A DNA stretch of 64,000 nucleotides from an uncultured Oscillospiraceae bacterium (GTDB lineage Bacteria > Bacillota > Clostridia > Oscillospirales > Oscillospiraceae), in assembly GCA_950075865.1 (NCBI GenBank), contig CATMVA010000002.1, forward strand, positions 6,173-70,172, given 5' to 3'. Below, one piece after another: positions 8,803 through 16,604 of the stretch (the stretch's first letter is position 1; each line of letters opens with the position of its first letter). Made by a program: the position numbers and the translations under genes. Under the pieces are notes generated by a model that was not told where the DNA came from, made no database searches, and saw only the letters and a list, made by a program, of their open reading frames with translations.

Positions 8803-10102
8803 AGTCCTTCCTCCGTGCCATGGGGTAAATCCGCTCCATACGTTCGTCGTCGAAGCGCTGGTCCAGCAGCTCCTCCACAGCGTTCCGGGCCGGGATGTCG
8901 TGGGCCCTGGCGTCATAACGGCCCAGAGCCAGGGCGCTCACCGCCACGTCCACAATCAAGAAGGCCGCCAGCGCCCAGGTCAGGACCCGGCCGGCCTTCA
9001 CCGGGATCTTCTCGATGAGCTCGGAGAGCCGGGGGTAAATCACCTTGATCCAGACCACCGCCGCCACACCCCAGTAGAGGCAAAACTTCAGATTGACCCG
9101 GCCAGCCAGGTTGTAGGGGATGTGGTCGTACTCCCAGAAAACCACCCCAAAGACCAGCTCGGTAAATACGCTGCAAAAATACTCATAGGCCCCGCCCAGC
9201 AGGGCGCCGGCGATGAACAGATTCCCCATGGAGCGGTCCCGGTAGCGATAGAGCAGCAAGCTGGCCAGGGCGGTGGCCAGGCCCCACACCAGGGAGAAGG
9301 GCCCCCACACCACGCTGGAGCGGGACATCCAGAAGCCGATGGAAAACCGGCAGAAGACGGTCTCCACCAGGTCCCCCACCAGGGCGCCCAGAAAGAGGAT
9401 CCAGAAGAGCTTATAAAAGCCGCAGCCGGCGGCGAAGACCGTGGGGGTCTCCCGGGACTTTTCCCGGCGGAAATCCACCTTGGGGTGGGCCCGCTGGATG
9501 CGGCGCTCGGTGCGGCGCAGGATCCAGGTGCCCATGCGGACCGACAGGGCGGCCAAACGGTTGCCCACCCCCTCCACCCGGGGCAGCTTGTGTACCACCC
9601 CCGCTAGGGTGAGGGCGGTGGCCAGGCAGTCCACCAGAAAGATCCCCAGGCCGATAAGCAGAACGGTCCGGTCCAGCACCGGGGGCACCAGGGCCCGCAG
9701 GCCGAGGGCAAAGGGCACGAACCACTTGACAGCTGCCATACCCAGCAGCCCCCAGAGGACCGAGGCCGACAGGCAGACGTAGCCGTCCAGGTTCCACTTT
9801 CGTCCGGAATAGTCCCACCACCGGACCCCGGTCAGCTTCTCCAGGCCGTGGCCGGCCAGCCATTCGGCTACCGTGGCGTAGATGGCCGAGCCCAGGAAGA
9901 GGGAAAACCAACCCTGGGACAACTCCCGGAGGGCCAGGGAGATGACCACGCCGGACAGGCCGTAGACCACACAAACCGGGCCGTAGAGCAGGCTCCGGTC
10001 CACATATTTGCGCTCCTTCAGGGCCGCCGCGGCGGTCTCCCCCAGCCACCCCAACAGGGAGCCGCAGAAAAACAGCCACAGGGCCGTGTAAAAAAGTTCC
10101 AT
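8801..10102 (-). CDS. Putative ABC-transporter type IV permease-like membrane protein with two homologous halves
   Basis: Duplicated GP...(Y/W)G, WDYS/WEYD and N L.G.V.L motifs. Confidence 0.75.
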   Translation of the reverse strand: MELFYTALWLFFCGSLLGWLGETAAAALKERKYVDRSLLYGPVCVVYGLSGVVISLALRELSQGWFSLFLGSAIYATVAEWLAGHGLEKLTGVRWWDYSGRKWNLDGYVCLSASVLWGLLGMAAVKWFVPFALGLRALVPPVLDRTVLLIGLGIFLVDCLATALTLAGVVHKLPRVEGVGNRLAALSVRMGTWILRRTERRIQRAHPKVDFRREKSRETPTVFAAGCGFYKLFWILFLGALVGDLVETVFCRFSIGFWMSRSSVVWGPFSLVWGLATALASLLLYRYRDRSMGNLFIAGALLGGAYEYFCSVFTELVFGVVFWEYDHIPYNLAGRVNLKFCLYWGVAAVVWIKVIYPRLSELIEKIPVKAGRVLTWALAAFLIVDVAVSALALGRYDARAHDIPARNAVEELLDQRFDDERMERIYPMARRKD

Positions 10103-10126
10103 AAAAGTCTCCTACAGAGGGAATGC

Positions 10127-10615
10127 TTACCGGGGCATCTCTGGCAGGGAATCGTCGTTCTCCACCCACTCCTTCTTCACGTCCACAGTACGGTATTCGG
10201 TGGGGGTGTCCCGTATGACAAGCCGGGCGATGCCGGCGTTGATGATAAGCCGGCGGCACATGGAGCAGGAGGTGGAGCCGGGGATCAGCTCCCCGGTCTT
10301 GGGATCCCGACAGACCATGTAGAGGGTGGCTCCCAAGGTCTCCCGCCGGGCGGCCGAGATGATGGCGTTGGCCTCGGCGTGGACGCTGCGGCACAGCTCG
10401 TACCGCTCCCCCGAGGGGATCTTCATGGCCTCCCGGGTACAGTAGCCCAGATCGGCGCAGTTCCGCCGGCCCCGGGGGGCCCCGTTGTAGCCGGTGGAGA
10501 TGATCTCGTCATTCTGGACGATGATAGCCCCATAGCACCGCCGCAGGCAGGTGGACCGTTCCAGAGCGGCCTGGGCGATGTCCAGATAGTAATTCTCCTT
10601 GTTGATCCGCACCAT
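10127..10615 (-). CDS. dCMP deaminase family protein
   Basis: RSTCLRR, TGYNG, HAEANA and CSMC zinc motifs; start MVRINK after AAAGGAG. Confidence 0.9.
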   Translation of the reverse strand: MVRINKENYYLDIAQAALERSTCLRRCYGAIIVQNDEIISTGYNGAPRGRRNCADLGYCTREAMKIPSGERYELCRSVHAEANAIISAARRETLGATLYMVCRDPKTGELIPGSTSCSMCRRLIINAGIARLVIRDTPTEYRTVDVKKEWVENDDSLPEMPR

Positions 10616-10636
10616 AATTCTCACTCCTTTTCTGAC

Positions 10637-10665
10637 AGTATAGCGGTTTTTTCGACTTCTGGCAA
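10637..10665 (-). promoter_or_regulatory. SigA-type promoter
   Basis: TTGCCA-17-TATACT. Confidence 0.6.
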
Positions 10666-10713
10666 GTCCCCAATTTCCGGTCCACAATTCATAGATTGTT
10701 TACGTTTCCTTCC

Positions 10714-10742
10714 TTGACCTTTTTGCGAGAAAAGGATATGAT
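10714..10742 (+). promoter_or_regulatory. SigA-type promoter
   Basis: TTGACC-17-TATGAT. Confidence 0.6.
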
Positions 10743-10777
10743 AAATAGTACGTTCCGGGAAAGGGGGCTGTAGTCGG

Positions 10778-11167
10778 ATGAACTTTCTCCAGCGATTGAT
10801 GTACGGGCGCTACGGGGCCGATCAGTTGGGCTTTGCCCTGATGGGTGTTTACCTGGTCTGCTACCTCCTCTCGGCCTTCATCCGGAGCAGTCTGCTGAGT
10901 CTGCTGGGGCTGGTCTGCCTGGTTCTGGCTCTGCTGCGTATGTTCTCCAGGAACCTCCCCCGCCGCCGGGCCGAGAACGACAAATTTCTGGAGGCTGTCC
11001 GCCCCATCATCCGCCAGCACAACGTCAACAAGTGCCGCCGGCAGGACAAGGAGCACTGCTACTTCAAGTGCCCCAACTGCGGCCAGCAACTCCGGGTGCC
11101 AAGAGGCAAGGGCCGGATCTCCATCACCTGCCGCAGCTGCGGCGCCAGTTTCGAAAAAAAGACCTGA
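10778..11167 (+). CDS. Conserved membrane protein with C-terminal Zn ribbon
   Basis: MYGRYG.D, two TM segments, CPNC...RVPRGKG...CRSC. Confidence 0.85.
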   Translation: MNFLQRLMYGRYGADQLGFALMGVYLVCYLLSAFIRSSLLSLLGLVCLVLALLRMFSRNLPRRRAENDKFLEAVRPIIRQHNVNKCRRQDKEHCYFKCPNCGQQLRVPRGKGRISITCRSCGASFEKKT

Positions 11168-11181
11168 CAAACACATACAGG

Positions 11182-11215
11182 AAAAAGGCCGGTGCATGCG
11201 CACCGGCCTTTTTTT
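11182..11215. terminator. Bidirectional intrinsic terminator
   Basis: AAAAA-GGCCGGTGC-ATGC-GCACCGGCC-T7. Confidence 0.85.
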
Positions 11216-11222
11216 GCTCTTT

Positions 11223-11558
11223 TTACAGCACCAGCATGATCTTATTGTAATTGAGCTCCCGGGCCTTTTTCTGCACGGAAAACCAGTCAATAATGGTCAG
11301 GATACCACACAAACCGGCCGTGAGCAACTTCAGGATCCCCATGCCGGTCTCCCCCAGCATAAAACGGTCGATGCCCAGGCCGCCCAGGAAAATGGACACC
11401 AGCAGAATCGTGGTCGGATCCTTAAGCTCCACGGCGGAAACCAGATTGAACTTGGCCTCGTCCGCCTCCAGGAGTTTCTGCTTGAGGAAAACGATTTTCT
11501 CGGCGGGCAGATACTTCTGATTAGTCATGACGTACATATCCACTTTGTCTTGGGTCAT
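11223..11558 (-). CDS. TM2 domain protein
   Basis: LLVSIFLGGLGIDRFMLG..G.GILKLLT.G motif. Confidence 0.88.
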   Translation of the reverse strand: MTQDKVDMYVMTNQKYLPAEKIVFLKQKLLEADEAKFNLVSAVELKDPTTILLVSIFLGGLGIDRFMLGETGMGILKLLTAGLCGILTIIDWFSVQKKARELNYNKIMLVL

Positions 11559-11582
11559 TTCTCTCTTCTCCTTTTTCTCTTT

Positions 11583-11909
11583 TTAGACAGGGAATACGTA
11601 ACAGGCAATGGCTGATATCACGAAGAGATGCAGCATGACATCCACAGGCATACGCAGTTTCTTCGGAAGTGCATCTCTCTTCGCAAAAAGGAAAATGAAG
11701 ATCGGTGCCGGTAAGAACAGAGGATGCTGTTCAAAGGCGCTGTACCAATCCCCCGCCAAAAAGTACAGCCAGGCTCTGGTAAGACCGCACCCCGGACACG
11801 GAAAGCCAAACCAACGATAGATCGGACAACCCAAAAGGCACCGCAACGCCAGCAAAAGAGAGAGGCAGACGATTTTCCAAACCGCTCTTTTCTGCTGTAC
11901 TTCTCTCAT
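11583..11909 (-). CDS. DUF2752-like membrane protein
   Basis: CP...G.PCPGCGLTRA...HPL signature. Confidence 0.8.
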   Translation of the reverse strand: MREVQQKRAVWKIVCLSLLLALRCLLGCPIYRWFGFPCPGCGLTRAWLYFLAGDWYSAFEQHPLFLPAPIFIFLFAKRDALPKKLRMPVDVMLHLFVISAIACYVFPV

Positions 11910-11950
11910 TTTCTTGCTCCCTCAGCCTTTCCCGAAAGTACAAAATAAAT

Positions 11951-11996
11951 ATACCATAGTATTTTTATGAAGTCAATACAAATGATACTATAGTAT
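11951..11996. promoter_or_regulatory. Paired palindromic operator sites
   Basis: ATACCATAGTAT (11951-11962) and perfect ATACTATAGTAT (11985-11996) in the divergent intergenic region. Confidence 0.6.
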
Positions 11997-12025
11997 TGTT
12001 ATTTTGAACCCCAAGGAGACTGTCT

Positions 12026-12313
12026 ATGCTGAATCAGCAGATCCGCGCTTTACGCCTATCCCGAAAGATGAGCCAGGTCGAACTGGCTCAGGCGCTTCAC
12101 GTTACCAAGCAGAGCGTCTCCAACTGGGAAAACGACAATATTCAGCCGTCTATCGATATGCTGGTAAAAATTGCAGAAGTTTTTTCTGTCTCTACGGATT
12201 ACCTTCTGGGGCTTGACGCCCGGGATTCTATTGATGTGACCGGGCTTCCCCTCCAAACGGTCTCCCACCTGCGCCAACTGGTGGAAGATCTGAGAGCAGG
12301 ACAAAAGTCCTGA
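12026..12313 (+). CDS. XRE-family HTH transcriptional regulator
   Basis: MSQVELA..LHVTKQSVSNWE...P...VSTDYLLG; AAGGAG RBS. Confidence 0.9.
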   Translation: MLNQQIRALRLSRKMSQVELAQALHVTKQSVSNWENDNIQPSIDMLVKIAEVFSVSTDYLLGLDARDSIDVTGLPLQTVSHLRQLVEDLRAGQKS

Positions 12314-12323
12314 CCACAAAACA

Positions 12324-12357
12324 AAGCGCCGCTTTCCCTGCCAGGAAAGCGGCGCTT
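12324..12357. terminator. Bidirectional terminator hairpin
   Basis: AAGCGCCGCTTTCC/GGAAAGCGGCGCTT between convergent genes. Confidence 0.75.
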
Positions 12358-12377
12358 ATCATTTTCGGAACATCCAT

Positions 12378-13745
12378 CTATTTCCCCACGCAGAAGCGGG
12401 AGAAGATCCGGTCGGTCACGTCCTCCCGGACGGTTTTGCCGGTGAGCTCCCCCAGGGCGGTGAGGGCCTCCTCCACGTCGGTAAGGAGGGCGTCGGGGGT
12501 GACGCCGGAGCGAAGGGCCGACCTGGCCCAGTCCACCGAAGCCTTGGCCCGTGCGGCCGCCTCGGCATGGCGGGCATTGGTGAGCAGGTCCCCGGCGGTC
12601 TCCCCCGCTCCCTGGGGGAAAAGTTCGGCCACCGCCTGGGCCAGTTCGCCCAGGTCTCCTCTGCCCGCGCTCACCGTCACCACCGGGGGAAGGGGCATAT
12701 TGACGGCCGGAGCGGGGGCGGAAGGCAGGTCCCCCTTGGTCCAGACCAGAACGGTGGGGGCCAGGTCCATGGCCTCCCGGAGGAGCCCGAATTCCTCCTC
12801 CGTAGCCTTTTGGGACTGGTCCATCAGCACCAGGATCAGCCCCGCGCCCTCCATGGCTTTTCGGGATCGCTCCACTCCCAGCTTCTCCACCGGGTCGGCG
12901 GTCTCACGGAGCCCGGCGGTGTCGATGAGCCGCAGGAGCACGCCGCCCAGAACGCATTTCTCCTCCACCGTGTCCCGGGTGGTGCCCGGAATATCGGTGA
13001 CAATGGCCCGCTCATAACCCACCAGGGCGTTGAGCAGAGTGGATTTCCCCACATTGGGCCGCCCCACGATGGCGGTAGGAATGCCCTCCCGGACTACCCG
13101 GCCCCGGTCATAGGTCGCCAGCAGGGCCTCAAGGCTGGCCCCGGCCTTGGACAAGGCCTCCTCCACGGTTTGGGCAGTGAAGGGATCCAGGTCCTCGTCC
13201 GGGTAGTCCAGCACGGCGTGGAAGTGGGCCATCACATCCACCAAGCCTGCATAAACCCCCTCCACCCGTCGGGAGAGGGCTCCCGAAAGCTGTCCGGCGG
13301 CCTGCCGGACGGCGGCGGGGCTGGAGGCGTCGATCAGGTCCATCACGGCCTCGGCCTGGGTCAGGTCCAAGCGGCCATTCAGGAAGGCCCGGCGGGTGAA
13401 TTCCCCCGGCCCGGCCTGCCGGGCGCCGTGGGCGCAAAGCGCCTCCAGGGCAAGGGTCAGGACCATGGGAGAGCCGTGGCACTGAAGCTCGGCGGTCTCC
13501 TCGCCGGTGTAGCTGTGACCGGCGGGGGACCAGGTGACGAGGATGCGGTCCAGGGGGTGGCCGGCTTTGTCGTGGAGGGTGCCGTAGATCAAAGTCCTTG
13601 GCGCACAGTCGGTCAGGGGCTTTCCTCCCGCCGGGATGAAAACTGCGCCGGCGCAGGCGGCCGCGCGGGGGCCGGAAAGGCGGATGATGCCGATGGCGCT
13701 ATGGCTTGGGCCCGTAGCGATGGCGGCGATGAGGTCGTTTTCCAC
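12378..13745 (-). CDS. mnmE: tRNA modification GTPase MnmE (TrmE)
   Basis: IAAIAT, GEFTRRAFLNG, GRPNVGKS, DTAG, C-terminal FSRFCVGK. Confidence 0.97.
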   Translation of the reverse strand: MENDLIAAIATGPSHSAIGIIRLSGPRAAACAGAVFIPAGGKPLTDCAPRTLIYGTLHDKAGHPLDRILVTWSPAGHSYTGEETAELQCHGSPMVLTLALEALCAHGARQAGPGEFTRRAFLNGRLDLTQAEAVMDLIDASSPAAVRQAAGQLSGALSRRVEGVYAGLVDVMAHFHAVLDYPDEDLDPFTAQTVEEALSKAGASLEALLATYDRGRVVREGIPTAIVGRPNVGKSTLLNALVGYERAIVTDIPGTTRDTVEEKCVLGGVLLRLIDTAGLRETADPVEKLGVERSRKAMEGAGLILVLMDQSQKATEEEFGLLREAMDLAPTVLVWTKGDLPSAPAPAVNMPLPPVVTVSAGRGDLGELAQAVAELFPQGAGETAGDLLTNARHAEAAARAKASVDWARSALRSGVTPDALLTDVEEALTALGELTGKTVREDVTDRIFSRFCVGK

Positions 13746-13780
13746 TGGGTTCCCCTTCTTTTCTCTCGAGGTTGTACTCT

Positions 13781-13809
13781 ATTATACCATAAGATACAAC
13801 TCCGTGCAA
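13781..13809 (-). promoter_or_regulatory. SigA-type promoter of mnmE
   Basis: TTGCAC-17-TATAAT with an extended TG. Confidence 0.72.
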
Positions 13810-13995
13810 TCATCTCCCTTTTTTACTCCCGGTTTGAGGTCAAAAACGTGAGGTTTGGGTCCTATTTCGGGGGTTTTGGCCCCCTTTGAAAAAGGGGGTC
13901 AAAAATTCGTGGAAATTGACCGGAAAATTTCCCTTGACATTTTTTATGTAAACTAATTTGCATGGGGTTTCGGCTCCCCTGTTGACATAATTGAC

Positions 13996-14025
13996 GGTGG
14001 AAAACCCTGTGGACAATGTGGAAAA
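13996..14025. promoter_or_regulatory. Cluster of three DnaA-box-like 9-mers
   Basis: GGTGGAAAA, TGTGGACAA and TGTGGAAAA in tandem versus the consensus TGTGGATAA. Confidence 0.45.
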
Positions 14026-14117
14026 CCTTGCTGCTGTGAGATTTCGCCCTTTTTCGTTATTTTTCGTGGAATGAATACCATTCTGCATATCACATGTCAA
14101 AAGAAAATTATGGTCGC

Positions 14118-15170
14118 TCAGCCCGACCAGCCGGACACGGTGACCCCGGTATAGTACCACTCCAGGATGGCCTGGAAGTCCTTGCCCTCCCCGGCCAGAG
14201 CATTGGCCCCGTACTGGCTCATGCCCACTCCGTGGCCGTAGCCGGTGACCCGGAAGGTGACGCTCCCCTCCCCCGGCTCCACCGAGAACCGGGCGGAACG
14301 GAGACCGAAGGCGGAACGGATCTGGGCCCCCGTGGCGGACACACCCCCCACGGTCATGCGGGCCACCGCCCCGGCGGAATCCAGCTCGGGCGTTCCGAAC
14401 CAGGTCTCCGCCGCGCCGGACAGGTCGGCCTGGGGCCAGACCTTCCCGATCCGCTCTTTCACCTCGTCCGCGGCATAAGTACACACGGTCCGCCAGCCGG
14501 GGACCTCCTCCCCCTCGGGGCTGTCCACCGGGACCAGGTAGGGCACGGTCGCCCCCCACACCTCGGCGGCGTCGGCCGTCCTGCCCTCGGTGGAGGAGAA
14601 AAACACCGCGTCGATAGGCTCGCCGCCATACAGGCAGAGCAGGCCGTCGGTGTCGGTCACTGCCTGGGCCACCTTGTCGGCATACCGCGCGGCCTCCTCC
14701 CCCCAGCTCTCGGCGGCCTGCTCCCGGGTCAGGTAGGCCTGGCAGCAGGTATAGTCGCCGCACACGTCGGCCTGGGGATGCTTCTCCGTGCCGCCCAGCT
14801 TCTGGTACACGCTGTAGGTCCGGGCGCAGACCGCCTGGGCCTTCAGGGCCTCGATCCGGAAGGAGGCCGGCATCTCGGCGGCTACCACCCCCCACAGGTA
14901 ATCCGCCATGGTCATGGTCTCCACCGTGCCGTCGCTTTTCAGAAAGCGGAGACCATACCCCTCGTCCCATCCCTCCACCGGCTGGAGGGATGGGGTGGGC
15001 GCCACGGCCAGGGGCAGGGTGGCCGTGGGCTCGGGCTCGCTGGGCCGGAGGGAGGGCTCCTCCTCCAGGAAAAAGAGGGGCAGGAGAAACACCAGCGCCA
15101 GCAGCGCCAGGGCCGTGACCACCGTCTGCCGGGGCCAGGCCGGCGCTCGTTTTTCCCGCAGTCCCTGCAT
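14118..15170 (-). CDS. spoIID: Stage II sporulation protein D (lytic transglycosylase)
   Basis: GVVAAEMPASF..EALKAQAV.ARTY, CQAY and GYGHGVGMSQYGA motifs. Confidence 0.93.
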   Translation of the reverse strand: MQGLREKRAPAWPRQTVVTALALLALVFLLPLFFLEEEPSLRPSEPEPTATLPLAVAPTPSLQPVEGWDEGYGLRFLKSDGTVETMTMADYLWGVVAAEMPASFRIEALKAQAVCARTYSVYQKLGGTEKHPQADVCGDYTCCQAYLTREQAAESWGEEAARYADKVAQAVTDTDGLLCLYGGEPIDAVFFSSTEGRTADAAEVWGATVPYLVPVDSPEGEEVPGWRTVCTYAADEVKERIGKVWPQADLSGAAETWFGTPELDSAGAVARMTVGGVSATGAQIRSAFGLRSARFSVEPGEGSVTFRVTGYGHGVGMSQYGANALAGEGKDFQAILEWYYTGVTVSGWSG

Positions 15171-15358
15171 ATCCCCTCCCCCTTTCCTGATGAGATGATA
15201 CCCCGTCAGGCAGGGAGAATTTCAGTGAAAGAGGGCGAGGGGCAAAAAACGGCCCCCCGGTGACGGCGGGGCACGAGGCGCACAGGCCGGGGCAGAAGAA
15301 ATTTCCTTGACAATTTGCAGATCATAGTAGATGATAAGAGAAGATAGGGGGCGGAAAT

Positions 15359-15658
15359 ATGGACACCTTCAGCATGAAATGTTTTTTATGTGTCGCCAAG
15401 CGGCTGAACCTTTCCAAGGCCGCCGACACCATGGGGATCTCCCAGCCTGCCATGTCGGCCCAGATCAAAAAGATGGAGCTGGAGCTGGGGGTCCCCCTTT
15501 TTGTCCGGGATACCCACACGGTCTACCTGACTCCCGAGGGGGAGACCGTGCGGGCGCATTTCCAGCAGGTCCTGGCCGATTATGAAAAGCTGACCGAAGA
15601 GCTGCGGGGGCAGAAGATCTTTTACAAAAAAACGGCCTCCGCATGGTCCAGGCGGTAG
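15359..15658 (+). pseudogene. LysR-type HTH fragment lacking the effector domain
   Basis: NLSKAA...ISQPAMSAQIKKME.ELG..LF.R....V.LT..G, then a stop at 99 aa. Confidence 0.65.
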
Positions 15659-16515
15659 GAGCCGACCTGCGGCTGATGAACGAGTTCTGGGGGCAGGCGG
15701 TCTACACCAAGCACGGCGAGTATTCCCGGGAGCACGGGATCCCCTCCCCCGACATCCCCGAGTCCGAAATGGTGATCGTGGCCGACACCCTGGAGGCCCT
15801 GGCCGAAAAGCTGGGTCTGGATCCCCAGGTGCTGAAGCGGACGGTGGAGGAATTCAATATGTACGCCAGGGAGGACAAGGATCCCATCTTCCACCGGGGC
15901 GAGACCATGGCGCCAGTGTCCCGGATCAAGGACACCCTGGCTCCCCTGGAGAAGGGCCCCTTCCGTGCCATCTCGGTCTCCCCCGGCTGTCTGGGCACCC
16001 GGGGCGGCCCCCGGCTCAACAAGCACGCCCAGGCCGTCCATGTGGAGGGTGAGCCCATCGTGGGTCTCTACGCCATGGGCAACTGCTCCGGCGTGGGAAG
16101 CCCCGGCATGTCCTATGGCGGCGCCGGCGGCACCATCGGCCCGGCTTTTGTCATGGGGGTCATCGCCGCCCAGCACGCCGCCGCCCGGACCGACGTCACC
16201 GACAAAGACTTCTTTGTGGTGGAGACCGCCTCGGGCAGCAAGATCGAGCTGAAGGAGAACGAGTACCTGGGCGAAGGCTCGGGCATCAGCGGCCCTGTGA
16301 AGGTGAAGATCACGGTGGAGAACGGCAAAATGACCGCCATTGAGGTGGTGGAGCACAGCGAGACCGTGGGCATCGGCGACAAGGCCGTGGCCCAGCTGCC
16401 CCAGATCATTCTGGACGCCCAGAGCGCCGATGTGGACGTGATCGCGGGTGCCACCATCACCAGCAAGGCCATCATTTCGGCTGTGAAGGACGCCATGAGC
16501 CAGGCCGGGCTGTAA
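15631..16515 (+). pseudogene. C-terminal remnant of an FAD_binding_2 flavoprotein (flavocytochrome c / 3-ketosteroid dehydrogenase-like) with an FMN-binding domain
   Basis: Begins mid-domain at (N)GLRMVQAVGADL with no N-terminal GxGxxG; retains GTRGG, GLYAMGN and YGGAGGTIG; C-terminal DVIAGAT. Confidence 0.7.
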
Positions 16516-16540
16516 TGTATACCAAAGAAAGCTGTCTGAA

Positions 16541-16580
16541 AAAAACAGCCTCCCGCGGAAACGCGGGAGGCCGTTTTTGT
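16541..16580. terminator. Bidirectional terminator ending the giant-gene cluster
   Basis: GCCTCCCGCG-GAAA-CGCGGGAGGC flanked by A and T runs. Confidence 0.85.
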
Positions 16581-16604
16581 TGTGCGGCTGTGGCTGGCGG
16601 GGGT

